A DNA stretch of 64,000 nucleotides, taken from positions 15,924 to 79,923 of the forward strand of contig CAZAKR010000006.1 of the NCBI GenBank assembly GCA_964486105.1. Reading direction: 5' to 3'. Below, piece after piece: positions 7,767 through 15,683 of this stretch (position 1 is its first letter; every line of letters starts with the position of its first letter). A model generated the notes under the pieces. It did not search any database. It was not told the DNA's origin and saw nothing but the letters and a program-made list of their open reading frames with translations. The translations under genes and the position numbers were made by a program. The DNA comes from an uncultured Rhodospirillaceae bacterium (GTDB taxonomy: Bacteria; Pseudomonadota; Alphaproteobacteria; UBA11136).

Positions 7767-8786
7767 ATGCAGTCATTACTTACGGCTCTCAGGGCGGTGG
7801 GGGAATCAACCAGATTACGGCTTCTGGCCCTGTGCTCGCGGGCCGAGCTCTCGGTCAGCGATTTAACCCAGATTCTCGCTCAAAGTCAGCCCGGTATCTC
7901 CCGTCATCTCAGACTGCTCTGCGAGGCCGGGCTCCTTGAGCGTTCGCGGGAAGGAACCTGGGCCTTTTACAGGCTTGCGCGGAGTGGCCGGAACTTTGAT
8001 CTGGCGCGCGCCCTGGCGGCCCTGATCCCGGAAGATGATGAAATCGCCCGTGATCTGGTCCGTTTGGAGGAGATTCAGGCCGATCGGGAGGCGGCGGCCA
8101 GCGACTATTTCCGCAGTAATGCCGGGGATTGGAACCGCATACGCTCGCTCCATGTGGATGATCGGGAGGTAGAAGAATCCTTAAGGGGTCTTTTTACCAA
8201 AAAAGGAGTCGAAAACTACCTCGATATCGGCACCGGTACCGGGCGCATGCTGGAGCTTTTCGGTCCTCGTGTGGGGCGGGGCACGGGCCTCGATCTTTCC
8301 CATGAAATGCTGATGATCGCCCGCGCCACCCTTGAAAAGGCCGGGTTGCGCAATTGCGCTCTCCAGCAGGGAGATATGTACGCCTTGCCATGGCAAGAGC
8401 AAACCTTCGATGCCGTCACCCTGCACCAGGTCCTGCATTATGCCGATGATCCCGCCGCCGTGCTGGTCGAGGCGGCCCGCGTTTTGCGGCCCGGCGGGTT
8501 CCTTTTGGTGGTTGACTTTGCCCCCCATGGGATTGAAAACCTGCGCCAGGAACACGCTCACCGCCGTCTTGGTTTCGCCGATGATGAAATCGCCGGGTGG
8601 TGCCAAAGCGCCGGTCTGAAAACGCCCAAGGCCACCCATCTTCACGGCGATAAACTCACCGTGACGATCTGGAAAGCGGTTCGCGCCACGTCGGGGGCGT
8701 CCGCCTCTCAGGAACTCAAGGATGGGAATAATCCCCGTCTGTCGCTAGATAAACAGAAGAAACAGGGAGCACCATCCAGGTTATGA
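7767..8786 (+). CDS. sahR: ArsR-family HTH fused to a SAM-dependent methyltransferase-like domain (SahR-type regulator of the methionine/SAM cycle)
   Basis: N-terminal ArsR wHTH (LRAVGESTRLRLLALCSRAELSVSDLTQILAQSQPGISRHLRLLCEAGLLER). C-terminal class I methyltransferase motif (YLDIGTGTGRMLE ... LRPGGFLLVVDF). Translationally coupled (ATGA) to metF-metH. ATG at 7767; the track start at 7755 is TTG. Confidence 0.7.
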   Translation: MQSLLTALRAVGESTRLRLLALCSRAELSVSDLTQILAQSQPGISRHLRLLCEAGLLERSREGTWAFYRLARSGRNFDLARALAALIPEDDEIARDLVRLEEIQADREAAASDYFRSNAGDWNRIRSLHVDDREVEESLRGLFTKKGVENYLDIGTGTGRMLELFGPRVGRGTGLDLSHEMLMIARATLEKAGLRNCALQQGDMYALPWQEQTFDAVTLHQVLHYADDPAAVLVEAARVLRPGGFLLVVDFAPHGIENLRQEHAHRRLGFADDEIAGWCQSAGLKTPKATHLHGDKLTVTIWKAVRATSGASASQELKDGNNPRLSLDKQKKQGAPSRL

Positions 8787-9709
8787 CCGGACAAACCACA
8801 GATCCTCTTCAGGCGCCGCTACCGCCCGGACTTTCCCTGGCCCGGGACGGGCTTAAGGTTTCTTTTGAATTCTTTCCGCCGAAAACGGAAGAAATGGAAA
8901 AGCGTCTATGGGCGGCGATCAAACGCTTAGAGCCCCTCCAGCCCCAGTTTGTTTCCGTCACCTATGGGGCCGGCGGCAGCACTCGGGAGCGCACCCATGC
9001 CACGGTCGCCCGCATCCGCCGTGAAACCAGCCTGGAACCCGCCGCGCATCTCACCTGTGTCGGGGCCAGCCGGGAGGAAATCGACGACATTGCGCGGCAG
9101 TATTGGGATGAAGGAATCCGCCATATTGTCGCCCTGCGTGGCGACCCCCCCGATATGGGTGAAAAATACGCCCCTTTTTCCGGCGGCTATGCCTATGCGG
9201 CCGATCTGGTGGAGGGGCTTAAAAAAGTCGCCAATTTTGAAATTTCTGTGGCCGCCTATCCCGAAACCCATCCTCAGGCGATCAGTCCGCAAGCCGATCT
9301 CGACAATTTGAAACGCAAGATCGACGCCGGGGCCAGCCGCGCTATTAGCCAGTTCTTTTTTGACCCGGATATCTATTGCCGGTTCGTCGATCGTGCCCGT
9401 GGGGCCGGAATCGATGTGCCGATTGTGCCCGGAATCCTGCCGGTGACGAATTATGCCCGGGTTGTCGAGTTCAGCCGCCAGTGCGGGGCCAGCGTGCCGG
9501 ACTGGATGGCGCATATATTCGAGGGACTCGATGGTGATCCCGAGACCCGCAAGCTGGTGGCTGCCACCATCTCCGCCGAGCAATGCCAGCATCTGCGCGC
9601 CAGGGGGATCGACGAGTTTCATTTCTACACCCTCAACCGGGCCGACCTTGCCTTTGCCATCTGCCATATCCTCGGTTTGCGCGCCAAATCGAGTGATAGC
9701 GGACGCTGA
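8783..9709 (+). CDS. metF: 5,10-methylenetetrahydrofolate reductase
   Basis: Typical MetF blocks (VSFEFFPPKT, FVSVTYGAGGSTRERT, HLTCVG, VALRGDPP, ISQFFFD). Start overlaps the sahR stop. Confidence 0.93.
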   Translation: MTGQTTDPLQAPLPPGLSLARDGLKVSFEFFPPKTEEMEKRLWAAIKRLEPLQPQFVSVTYGAGGSTRERTHATVARIRRETSLEPAAHLTCVGASREEIDDIARQYWDEGIRHIVALRGDPPDMGEKYAPFSGGYAYAADLVEGLKKVANFEISVAAYPETHPQAISPQADLDNLKRKIDAGASRAISQFFFDPDIYCRFVDRARGAGIDVPIVPGILPVTNYARVVEFSRQCGASVPDWMAHIFEGLDGDPETRKLVAATISAEQCQHLRARGIDEFHFYTLNRADLAFAICHILGLRAKSSDSGR

Positions 9710-9753
9710 AGCCTTCATTGTTTCTTTAATTATCGAAGAGCAGACTTAAAGCC

Positions 9754-12700
9754 ATGAGCCGATTTCTGGATTATCTCAAAGACCGCATCCTGCTTGCCGA
9801 CGGGGCCATGGGGTCCCGGGTGCAGGCGCTCGACCTTTCGGTCGAGAAAGATTACCTGGGGCAGGAGAACTGCACCGATATTCTCACCAAAAGCCGCCCC
9901 GATCTGGTGCGCGACATCCACACGGGCTATTTCGAAGCCGGGGCGGATGCGGTAGAGACAAATACATTCGGCGCCTCGCCCGTTACCCTGGGCGAGTTCG
10001 ATTTGTCTGATGAAGCTTTTGATCTTAACAAGCGGTCGGTCGAATTGGCCCGCGAGGCGGCGGAAGCGTTTTCCGCCGACGGTCGCGAACGCTTCGTCCT
10101 CGGGTCAATCGGGCCGGGCACCAAGCTGCCGAGTCTCGGCCATATCGATTATCAGTCCCTGGAGGATTCATTCGCCGTCCAGTGCGACGGTCTCGTCGCC
10201 GGCGGCGCCGACGCCTTTCTGGTCGAAACCTGTCAGGATCCGTTGCAGGTCAAGGCTGCGGTCAACGGCGCCAAGCGCGCCAGGGGTGAGGCTGGCGTCG
10301 ACATTCCGATTATCGTCCAGGTGACGGTGGAAACCACCGGCGCTCTGCTGGTCGGCACCGACATCGCGGCGGCAGCGACAATTGTAAAGGCGCTGGACGT
10401 GCCGGTTATCGGGCTTAATTGCGCTACCGGTCCCCAGGAAATGTCCGAACATATTAAATGGCTGGCTGAAAACTGGCCGGGGATGATCTCGGTTCTGCCC
10501 AATGCCGGCCTGCCCGAACTTGTCGATGGGGCGCCCCATTACCCGCTGCGGCCCGACGAGTTGGCCCACTGGCATGCGCGGTTCCTGGAGGAAGACGGGG
10601 TCAACATGATCGGCGGCTGTTGTGGCACCGACATTCCCCATATCCAGGCGCTCGACGCCATGTTGCGGGGACGCGCCGGTGGCGAACATGTCCGCCCGAA
10701 ACCGGTGCGCCGCAAATCCTACTGGGTGCCCTCGGTTGCTTCGCTCTATACCCAGGTGCCCTACGCCCAGGAAAACGCCTTTCTCGATATCGGCGAGCGC
10801 TGCAACGCCAATGGCAGTAAAAAATTCCGCCAGTTGCAGGAAGCCGGCGATTGGGATGCTTGCGTCGAGATGGGGCGCGAACAGGTCGCCGACGGCGCCC
10901 ATACCCTTGATGTCTGTACTGCTTTCGTCGGTCGTGACGAATCCGCCGACATGACGGAAGTCGTCAGCCGCATGCGCGGCGGCGTCACCGTGCCCCTGGT
11001 TTTCGATTCAACCGAGCTCAACGTGCTTGAAACCGCCTTGGCGCTTTATGGCGGCAAGCCGATCATCAATTCGATCAATTTCGAGGATGGCGAGGAACCC
11101 GCCGCCAGGCGCCTTGATCTGGCGCGCCGCTTCGGCGCCGGAATGATTGCCCTGACGATTGACGAAAAAGGCATGGCCAAGGATACCGAAGGTAAGCTGG
11201 CCATCGCCCGCCGTCTCTATGAATTTGCCTGTGATAAGCACGGCCTGCCGCCCTCCGATCTGCTGTTCGATCCATTGACCTTCACCATTTGCACCGGCAA
11301 CGAAGACGACCGCAAGCTGGGCCTTGCGACCCTGGACGCCATCGAGCAGATTTCAAAGGAAATGCCCGATTGCCAGATTATTCTCGGGCTCTCCAACATT
11401 TCATTCGGCATCAATGCCGCAGCGCGCCATGTGCTGAATTCGGTTTTTCTCGACCACGCTCTCAAACGGGGCATGACCGGGGCCATTCTTCATTCCAGCC
11501 GCATCATGCCGCTCCATAAAATCCCTGAAGAGGAAGTAAAGGTCGCCGAAGATCTGATCTATGACCGTCGCCGCGAGGGCTATGACCCGCTTCATGAATT
11601 CCTCAAACTGTTCGAGGGACGCAGCGCCGAGAAAAAGGAAAAGAAGGCGCGTCCCGAAAAGGTCGAAGACCGTCTGCAGCAACGCATTATTGACGGTGAC
11701 AAGCAGGGGCTTGAGGACGATCTTAACGAGGCGATGAAAACCTATAAGCCGCTGGAAATCGTCAACCGGTTCCTCCTCGACGGCATGAAGGTGGTGGGCG
11801 AGTTGTTCGGCTCGGGACAGATGCAATTGCCCTTCGTGTTGCAGTCGGCGGAAACCATGAAGACGGCGGTGGCTCATCTCGAACCTCATATGGAGCGGGT
11901 CGAGGGACGCGAAAAGGGCACCATGGTTCTGGCGACGGTGAAGGGGGACGTTCACGATATCGGCAAGAATCTGGTCGATATCATCCTCACCAATAACGGC
12001 TACAAGGTGGTCAATCTCGGCATCAAGCAGCCGGTCGAGCACATCATGGCCGCGGTGCGCGAACATGATGCGGACGTCGTCGGCATGTCGGGCCTGCTGG
12101 TCAAATCGACGGTTATTATGCGGGAAAACCTGGAAGAGATGACCCGTGAGAAATTTGATGTGCCGGTGATTCTCGGCGGCGCGGCGCTCAACCGTAAATA
12201 CGTCATGGCCGATTGCGTGCCGGCTTATGAGAGCGGGGGGGTGGCTTATGCCCGTGATGCATTCGACGGGCTGGAATTGATGGACAAGGTGGTGGCCGGG
12301 GAATTCGACTCCCACCTTGCCGCCCTGGCCGAGAAACACGGTGCACTGGCGCCCAAATCCGGACCCAAGGCCAACCTTGAGGGTGAGTTGCCGCCTGTTC
12401 TGCCGCGACCGGTCGATCTGGAGGAGGCGCGTTTGCGCCGGGCTGAACTGACCCGCGATGTGGCGGTGCCTGTGGCGCCGTTCTATGGCGCCAAAATTAT
12501 CGACCAGGTGCCGATCAAGACGTTGTTGCCTTATCTCAATGAAACCATGCTCTACCAGTTCCATTGGGGTTACAAAAAGGCGGGCCGTTCCCGCGCCGAA
12601 TTCAAGAAATGGGCGAAGACGGAACTGTCACCGATCCTCATGCGCATCGCCAAGGAATGCGCCGACGGGGGCATTGTCGTGCCGAAGGCCGCTTACGGCT

Positions 12701-13257
12701 ATTGGAAATGTGCGGCGCAGGGCAACGATCTGGTTCTTTTCGATGAAGACGGGGTGAATGAGGTGGCGCGCTTTGCCCTGCCCCGGCAGAACCGCCAGGA
12801 CGGGCTGTGCATTGCCGATTTCTTCCGCGACATTTCTGAAAAAACGCGCGACGTCATCGGCCTTCAGGTGGTGACCGTCGGCCAAAAGGCGTCGGATGTG
12901 GCGCTGGAGTGGTTCCATGCCGACCGCTATCAGGATTATCTTTATCTCCACGGCTTTGGCGTCGAGATGGCGGAAGCCATGGCCGAATACGTGCATAAGC
13001 GTATTCGTTCCGAACTCGGCTTTGCGGCGGAAGACGCCCGCGAGATCGATAAACTGATCAAGCAGAACTATCACGGGGCGCGTTATTCCTTCGGCTATCC
13101 GGCCTGTCCCAATCTAGCCGACCAGCGCAACCTCCTCGAACTGCTCGGTGCCGACCGGATCGGCATCGCCATGAGCGAGGGCGACCAGCTGCACCCGGAA
13201 CAATCCACTTCCGCCATCGTCGTCCACCATCCCCAGGCCCGCTATTTCACGGTGTAG
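9754..13257 (+). CDS. metH: Cobalamin-dependent methionine synthase
   Basis: 1167 aa with all four modules: Hcy-binding (GGCCGT), pterin-binding, B12-binding (GDVHDIGKN) and the AdoMet activation domain (ARYSFGYPACP). Confidence 0.96.
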   Translation: MSRFLDYLKDRILLADGAMGSRVQALDLSVEKDYLGQENCTDILTKSRPDLVRDIHTGYFEAGADAVETNTFGASPVTLGEFDLSDEAFDLNKRSVELAREAAEAFSADGRERFVLGSIGPGTKLPSLGHIDYQSLEDSFAVQCDGLVAGGADAFLVETCQDPLQVKAAVNGAKRARGEAGVDIPIIVQVTVETTGALLVGTDIAAAATIVKALDVPVIGLNCATGPQEMSEHIKWLAENWPGMISVLPNAGLPELVDGAPHYPLRPDELAHWHARFLEEDGVNMIGGCCGTDIPHIQALDAMLRGRAGGEHVRPKPVRRKSYWVPSVASLYTQVPYAQENAFLDIGERCNANGSKKFRQLQEAGDWDACVEMGREQVADGAHTLDVCTAFVGRDESADMTEVVSRMRGGVTVPLVFDSTELNVLETALALYGGKPIINSINFEDGEEPAARRLDLARRFGAGMIALTIDEKGMAKDTEGKLAIARRLYEFACDKHGLPPSDLLFDPLTFTICTGNEDDRKLGLATLDAIEQISKEMPDCQIILGLSNISFGINAAARHVLNSVFLDHALKRGMTGAILHSSRIMPLHKIPEEEVKVAEDLIYDRRREGYDPLHEFLKLFEGRSAEKKEKKARPEKVEDRLQQRIIDGDKQGLEDDLNEAMKTYKPLEIVNRFLLDGMKVVGELFGSGQMQLPFVLQSAETMKTAVAHLEPHMERVEGREKGTMVLATVKGDVHDIGKNLVDIILTNNGYKVVNLGIKQPVEHIMAAVREHDADVVGMSGLLVKSTVIMRENLEEMTREKFDVPVILGGAALNRKYVMADCVPAYESGGVAYARDAFDGLELMDKVVAGEFDSHLAALAEKHGALAPKSGPKANLEGELPPVLPRPVDLEEARLRRAELTRDVAVPVAPFYGAKIIDQVPIKTLLPYLNETMLYQFHWGYKKAGRSRAEFKKWAKTELSPILMRIAKECADGGIVVPKAAYGYWKCAAQGNDLVLFDEDGVNEVARFALPRQNRQDGLCIADFFRDISEKTRDVIGLQVVTVGQKASDVALEWFHADRYQDYLYLHGFGVEMAEAMAEYVHKRIRSELGFAAEDAREIDKLIKQNYHGARYSFGYPACPNLADQRNLLELLGADRIGIAMSEGDQLHPEQSTSAIVVHHPQARYFTV

Positions 13258-13286
13258 GGCCGAAGGGGCGGTTTGTCTCTATTGGC

Positions 13287-13690
13287 CTAGAAATAGATTT
13301 CGTATTCGAGCAACCATTTAAGGGCGCCGTCGGGGCTGGGATCGGTGGCGCCGAACAGATAGCCGAGCTCATAGGCGAATTTTCCACCCAACGCCTCGAC
13401 CGGCAGCTTGCCGTAAATAACCGGGCCGATTTGCAGGGTCTGCTCGTCGAAAGCCTTCATGGCGTTGAAGCGGCCGGGCTTTCCCCAGAGCTCGAACCCC
13501 GGCATCAGCTTGGGCGAATAACGGTACTGGGTGCGCCAGGCATACTGGAACTCAGTGCTCTTTTTCTGAATATCGCCGACTTCCTTTTCGAAAATCAGAT
13601 TCAGGGTATTGGAGAAATTGGTCGTCGATTTCTCGAGCAGCAGCTTGGCCTCGACCTTGCTGGCGTCTTCGTCGCTATGGGCCTTTTGAA
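13287..13690 (-). pseudogene. 3' continuation of a beta-barrel-like ORF, frameshifted relative to 13601..14842
   Basis: Hand translation of the minus strand in the frame of track ORF 13287..13505 stays open up to about 13690: AHSDEDASKVEAKLLLEKSTTNFSNTLNLIFEKEVGDIQKKSTEFQYAWRTQYRYSPKLMPGFELWGK...LKWLLEYEIYF*. It joins ...DAGLYGEFK of the upstream ORF if one A is added at the A4 run (plus-strand T4 at 13684-13687). It ends with an alternating-hydrophobic, terminal-Phe, OMP-like signature. Confidence 0.5.
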
Positions 13691-14842
13691 CTCGCCATAG
13701 AGGCCGGCATCAAGCCAGTATTCGCCCTGTTCGAACAATTGGTAGACGAACTCGGCTCCAGTCATCTTGTAATAGAAATCCCTGGTGGCGGTTGACCGGG
13801 CTTCGCCGAAAATGCCAATCATCAGCCGATCGGTGAACCCGTATTCGAGTTCATATTTCTGCGACTGGTTGCCGTTGGTGGCGCTGTCGTCGTCAATATC
13901 CACATGGCCGCGCCACTCAATACCGAATTCGCCGCCCTCGACGATGGGGGAATAGACCTTGTGGGTCGCGGTGGCCTCGCCGGGTAACCCGAAAAGACCG
14001 GCCAGAATGGCGGCGGTCGCAGTGGCGATTTTAGCCGCCTGGCGTTTTTCGCTAAGCTTGATGAAGCCGTAAATGGCCGCAAGGGTGAGGCCGTAAACCA
14101 CAAGCTGGGAGGCCGCAGGCCGGGATTCATATCCGATCAGGACATGGAGAAATTCACCGACCAGGCTTTGCTCCGAAAGAAGGGCCGAGCTATCCCAGAC
14201 GCCCTCGACAAGGGCGGGCAACTGGCCGACGGAAATCAGAAAGCCGGTGGCTTGCGAGGCCATGCCGGCGGCCAGAAAGGCCAGCAGCAGGCTGGTAACG
14301 GTGAAAAGATGCTTGCTAGAGATACGCAGCAGGCCGAGGTACATCATCACCCCGATGGCGCTGCCGGCGACAAGGCCGAGAAGGCCGCCGATCAGCATCA
14401 TTGATCCTTGCGATCCGGGAACAGCGGAAATTCCGTAAAGGAAGAGAACGGTTTCAGCGCCTTCCCGCAAAACCGCCAGACCGACGACAATTGACAGCAT
14501 ATGCATCGGTAATTCGCCTTGTGATACGCCGCGCCCAACTTCATTCATATGGGCGGCCAGTTGGCGACCGTGACTTTTCATCCAGACCACGGACCAGCCG
14601 ATGACAGCCGCCGCGATATAGAGGATGGCGGCGTTGAGAACCTCCTGTCCCATGCCTTCCAGCGACATGGTGATGGCCTCGGTGGAAAAAGCGACGATTG
14701 CCGCCCCCAAGAGGCCGACGAGAATGCCGCCGCCGATCCAGAGGTTTCGCCCCGCAACGCCTTTGGTCGCCACCAGAACGATGCCGATGACCAGCGCGGC
14801 CTCCAGAACTTCACGAAAAACGATGATGCCACTCGATAACAT
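13601..14842 (-). CDS. FTR1/EfeU-family iron permease (aa 1 to about 270), reading on without a stop into a signal-peptide-like segment and a beta-rich domain
   Basis: Two REXXE-type motifs (FREVLEAALV and LREGAETVLF) in a 7-TM core. After about aa 270 come KIATATAAILAGLFGLPGEATA and then THKVYSPIVEGGEFGIEWRGH...YELEYGF.... The last ~27 aa of the track ORF (RPIATKTPARSRPSCCSRNRRPISPIP) look out of frame. SD AGGA lies upstream of the ATG at 14842. Confidence 0.8.
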   Translation of the reverse strand: MLSSGIIVFREVLEAALVIGIVLVATKGVAGRNLWIGGGILVGLLGAAIVAFSTEAITMSLEGMGQEVLNAAILYIAAAVIGWSVVWMKSHGRQLAAHMNEVGRGVSQGELPMHMLSIVVGLAVLREGAETVLFLYGISAVPGSQGSMMLIGGLLGLVAGSAIGVMMYLGLLRISSKHLFTVTSLLLAFLAAGMASQATGFLISVGQLPALVEGVWDSSALLSEQSLVGEFLHVLIGYESRPAASQLVVYGLTLAAIYGFIKLSEKRQAAKIATATAAILAGLFGLPGEATATHKVYSPIVEGGEFGIEWRGHVDIDDDSATNGNQSQKYELEYGFTDRLMIGIFGEARSTATRDFYYKMTGAEFVYQLFEQGEYWLDAGLYGEFKRPIATKTPARSRPSCCSRNRRPISPIP

Positions 14843-14884
14843 TATTTGGATCCTGTTCCTTGAGTTTCGGTTCTACGGGCCGGT

Positions 14885-15271
14885 TTACTTGACGACGATG
14901 TATCCATTTGCGGAATCCATGTTGAATTCGCCGAAGAAATGATAGCGGCCGGGGTCCAGCGGCCCGATGAAGATGATGGCCTTACTGCCGCCGGCAATGA
15001 TCTTTTCCCGGTTGAGGTCGAAACTCTCGAATTCCTCCGGCGTCGGATCGAGGTTCTTGATCAGAAGCTTGACCTTGGTATCGGCGGGAATCTCTATCTC
15101 TTCGGGGGAGAAATGGTGATCCTTGATGTTGATCTCGATCACCGGAATTTCGGCCCGGACGGGGGCCGTAAAGCCAAAGCCGATTAAAAGCGCCAGGCCG
15201 AGAAGGGCGAGGCGGGTTTTGGAGTCTTTCCGGGCTTTGGGGAGGGTTAAGTTTGCGGTCTGAATTTTCAT
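14885..15271 (-). CDS. Periplasmic cupredoxin-fold protein (FtrB / EfeO-Cup-like partner of the FTR1 permease)
   Basis: Start placed at the ATG at 15271 with AGGAAAT directly upstream. Signal peptide MKIQTANLTLPKARKDSKTRLALLGLALLIGFGFTAPVRA. A short beta-sandwich-like domain follows (IKDHHFSPEEIEIPADTKVKLLIKNLD...PGRYHFFGEF). Lies 42 nt upstream of FTR1. Confidence 0.65.
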   Translation of the reverse strand: MKIQTANLTLPKARKDSKTRLALLGLALLIGFGFTAPVRAEIPVIEINIKDHHFSPEEIEIPADTKVKLLIKNLDPTPEEFESFDLNREKIIAGGSKAIIFIGPLDPGRYHFFGEFNMDSANGYIVVK

Positions 15272-15297
15272 ATTTCCTGTCACTTTCGTTATATCCG

Positions 15298-15311
15298 GGG
15301 ATATGTATCCC
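15298..15311. promoter_or_regulatory. 14-bp palindromic element GGGATATGTATCCC (copy 1) in the iron-operon promoter/leader
   Basis: 6-2-6 inverted repeat. It overlaps a second 6-2-6 palindrome, ATATCCGGGGATAT (15291-15304). It lies 27 nt upstream of the proposed cupredoxin ATG (15271). Confidence 0.35.
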
Positions 15312-15386
15312 TTTGTTCTTTCAGGCGCCTTAGGGCCGACCGGGGCTTCAACCAAGCGATACAGGCCGATTCCCATTAAGAATATA

Positions 15387-15400
15387 GGGATACATATCCC
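15387..15400. promoter_or_regulatory. 14-bp palindromic element GGGATACATATCCC (copy 2, exact reverse complement of copy 1)
   Basis: Exact reverse complement of 15298-15311, centred 89 bp away in the same divergent intergenic region. Confidence 0.35.
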
Positions 15401-15683
15401 AGTTGCGAATGAGACGCAAGTAGAGAAATGAAATTAATAATTATTCTCAATTAAAAAACAAACTCTCTCCCTGTCGCACCTCAAGCGCAAGGGTAAACAG
15501 AGCAACTATCTGAAAAACAACAAGAAAATTCCTCCTATCCCCCTCGCCGCTAAAATCATTATCTCCAGGCAGTATTTAATGGTTTGATCGTGGCCAAAGG
15601 CGCAAAAAACCATAAAGTGAGAGGAATCCAGCATTTCCGGCAAAAGAACAGATTGGCTTAAAGGCTTTCTGCATAACGACCAG

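Noticed and set aside
11401-12564. 387-aa minus-strand ORF inside metH, along with similar antisense ORFs in metH, metF, uvrD and pepP
   Set aside because: They lie entirely within well-supported genes on the other strand and have no motifs. This is the typical antisense open frame in high-GC coding DNA.
15436-15445. AT-rich perfect palindrome AATAATTATT (Fur-box-like) between the iron operon and the ClC gene
   Set aside because: Only about 10 of 19 positions match the classical Fur consensus when extended. Short AT palindromes are common in AT-rich promoter DNA, and alphaproteobacterial iron control often uses Irr or RirA, whose motifs it does not match.
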